From the NCBI GenBank assembly GCA_001600815.1, contig BCKZ01000006.1:964137-1028136 (forward strand): a stretch of DNA of 64,000 bases, written 5' to 3'. The position numbers and the translations under genes were made by a program. The notes beneath the pieces were generated by a model. The model ran no database searches and was not told the DNA's origin. It saw only the letters and a program-made list of their open reading frames with translations. Below, in pieces: positions 62,962-64,000 of this stretch (its first letter is position 1; each line of letters begins with the position of its first letter). Source of the DNA: Alloascoidea hylecoeti (lineage: Eukaryota).

Positions 62962-64000
62962 TTATGGATATGATGTAAATGATCCATATTCATTATCTTC
63001 GTATCCATATTGAATGGGTCCCATATAGTCTATATGACTAGTATCATGCAGCCCATTAAAAAAGGTTCCATTAAGATTTGAGTCTTCCAGAGTATTCAAT
63101 TCATAATTGGCGCTTAAACTTGTGGTCTCTATAGGTGTTGAGGGAAACAATCGGGAAGGATCAATATCTGTGATGCTATCTAATGGATTGTGTTGAATAT
63201 CAAAATCATTCTGATAGTTCAAACTTGTACCGAACGTATGATTCTCGGCTGTAGGTGTGGTAGTGAAGTTCTTCATCTCTTTTTTGGGTTGTAAATTAAC
63301 CTCTTGTTGTGTATGAGCGTAAGGTACTTCAGTCTCTGAAAAATAACCATTAAACCCATTAGAGGGAGATCTCATTTGCAATTGAAATTCATTCATATAT
63401 ATATGATTACTAGACGTTGAATCTTCGTCATAGGAGTTATTTCTAGTGCCATGTGAACTATCAACTGCTATATATTTTGGTGGGAATTTTGGTTTCATCC
63501 GGGCTTTGTTGTTGACATCTCGTCTTGAACTACCATAGCTACGGCTAGTACTGGAACCTCTGGATAAAGGAGGCCTTTTAGAAATACAACAATTTGTATG
63601 ATGACCAAGAAAATTAGGTACATCTGATGGTGAGAACGAAATGGAATTGGAATTGGAATGAACATTCATACAACCCTCAAGTACAGCTGGATCTGTTAAA
63701 CTAATACTATCAGATCTTGGGTCATTTGAAAAGGTTGGTGTTATTGGTGATATCAGTAACCCTTTTGAGTAGTTATTAAGATTTGAATCAAAGGATGAAA
63801 TGCGATTAACCGATAATGGCACTATATGATCCAAGTCCTTCCCATTGTGTATGCTAGCTTGTGATTCTTCAAACTCTTGTTTCAAAGATCCTGCAATTGA
63901 ATGACTATCAGGTTTATAATTATGATTGAATTTATTTAGGTTGTTGGAAAAACTTGTTTCTGTTCCATGTCTTGGGGAGATATTTTCGTTCCCAATTATC
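62962..64000 (-). CDS. 3' part of a gene running off the window end; Ser/Asn-rich, unassigned
   Basis: The frame of ORF 62962-63885 stays open to the window edge; no start in the window. Confidence 0.75.
   Translation of the reverse strand, partial: IIGNENISPRHGTETSFSNNLNKFNHNYKPDSHSIAGSLKQEFEESQASIHNGKDLDHIVPLSVNRISSFDSNLNNYSKGLLISPITPTFSNDPRSDSISLTDPAVLEGCMNVHSNSNSISFSPSDVPNFLGHHTNCCISKRPPLSRGSSTSRSYGSSRRDVNNKARMKPKFPPKYIAVDSSHGTRNNSYDEDSTSSNHIYMNEFQLQMRSPSNGFNGYFSETEVPYAHTQQEVNLQPKKEMKNFTTTPTAENHTFGTSLNYQNDFDIQHNPLDSITDIDPSRLFPSTPIETTSLSANYELNTLEDSNLNGTFFNGLHDTSHIDYMGPIQYGYEDNEYGSFTSYP

Overview
This is an AT-rich eukaryotic window from a budding yeast (Saccharomycotina). It has short GT-AG introns with CTAAC/CTAAT-type branch points. 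CTG codons sit at conserved Leu positions, so the standard genetic code is likely. Recognisable genes are RFX1, a GPI cell-wall protein, LCB3, an atypical Rho4-like GTPase, YCH1, ARO10, a CYLD-like ubiquitin protease, RVS161, GRX3/4, a CCA1-family nucleotidyltransferase and two tRNA-Arg(UCU) genes. Four observations stand out. (1) Five separate ORF-track entries plus a short exon splice, through five phase-1 introns, into one ~3600-aa gene: ~3000 aa of low-complexity sequence fused to an anchorless Tom70-like TPR domain. (2) The CCA1 homolog has intact core motifs but has lost the A-adding RxE motif and flexible-loop consensus, suggesting a split CC-/A-adding system. (3) The 860-aa Rho4-like protein has substitutions at the Ras G12/T35/Q61-equivalent positions. 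(4) The two tRNA genes form an inverted duplication inside a gene-poor region of repeat relics. Family assignments come from recalled motifs, not database searches.
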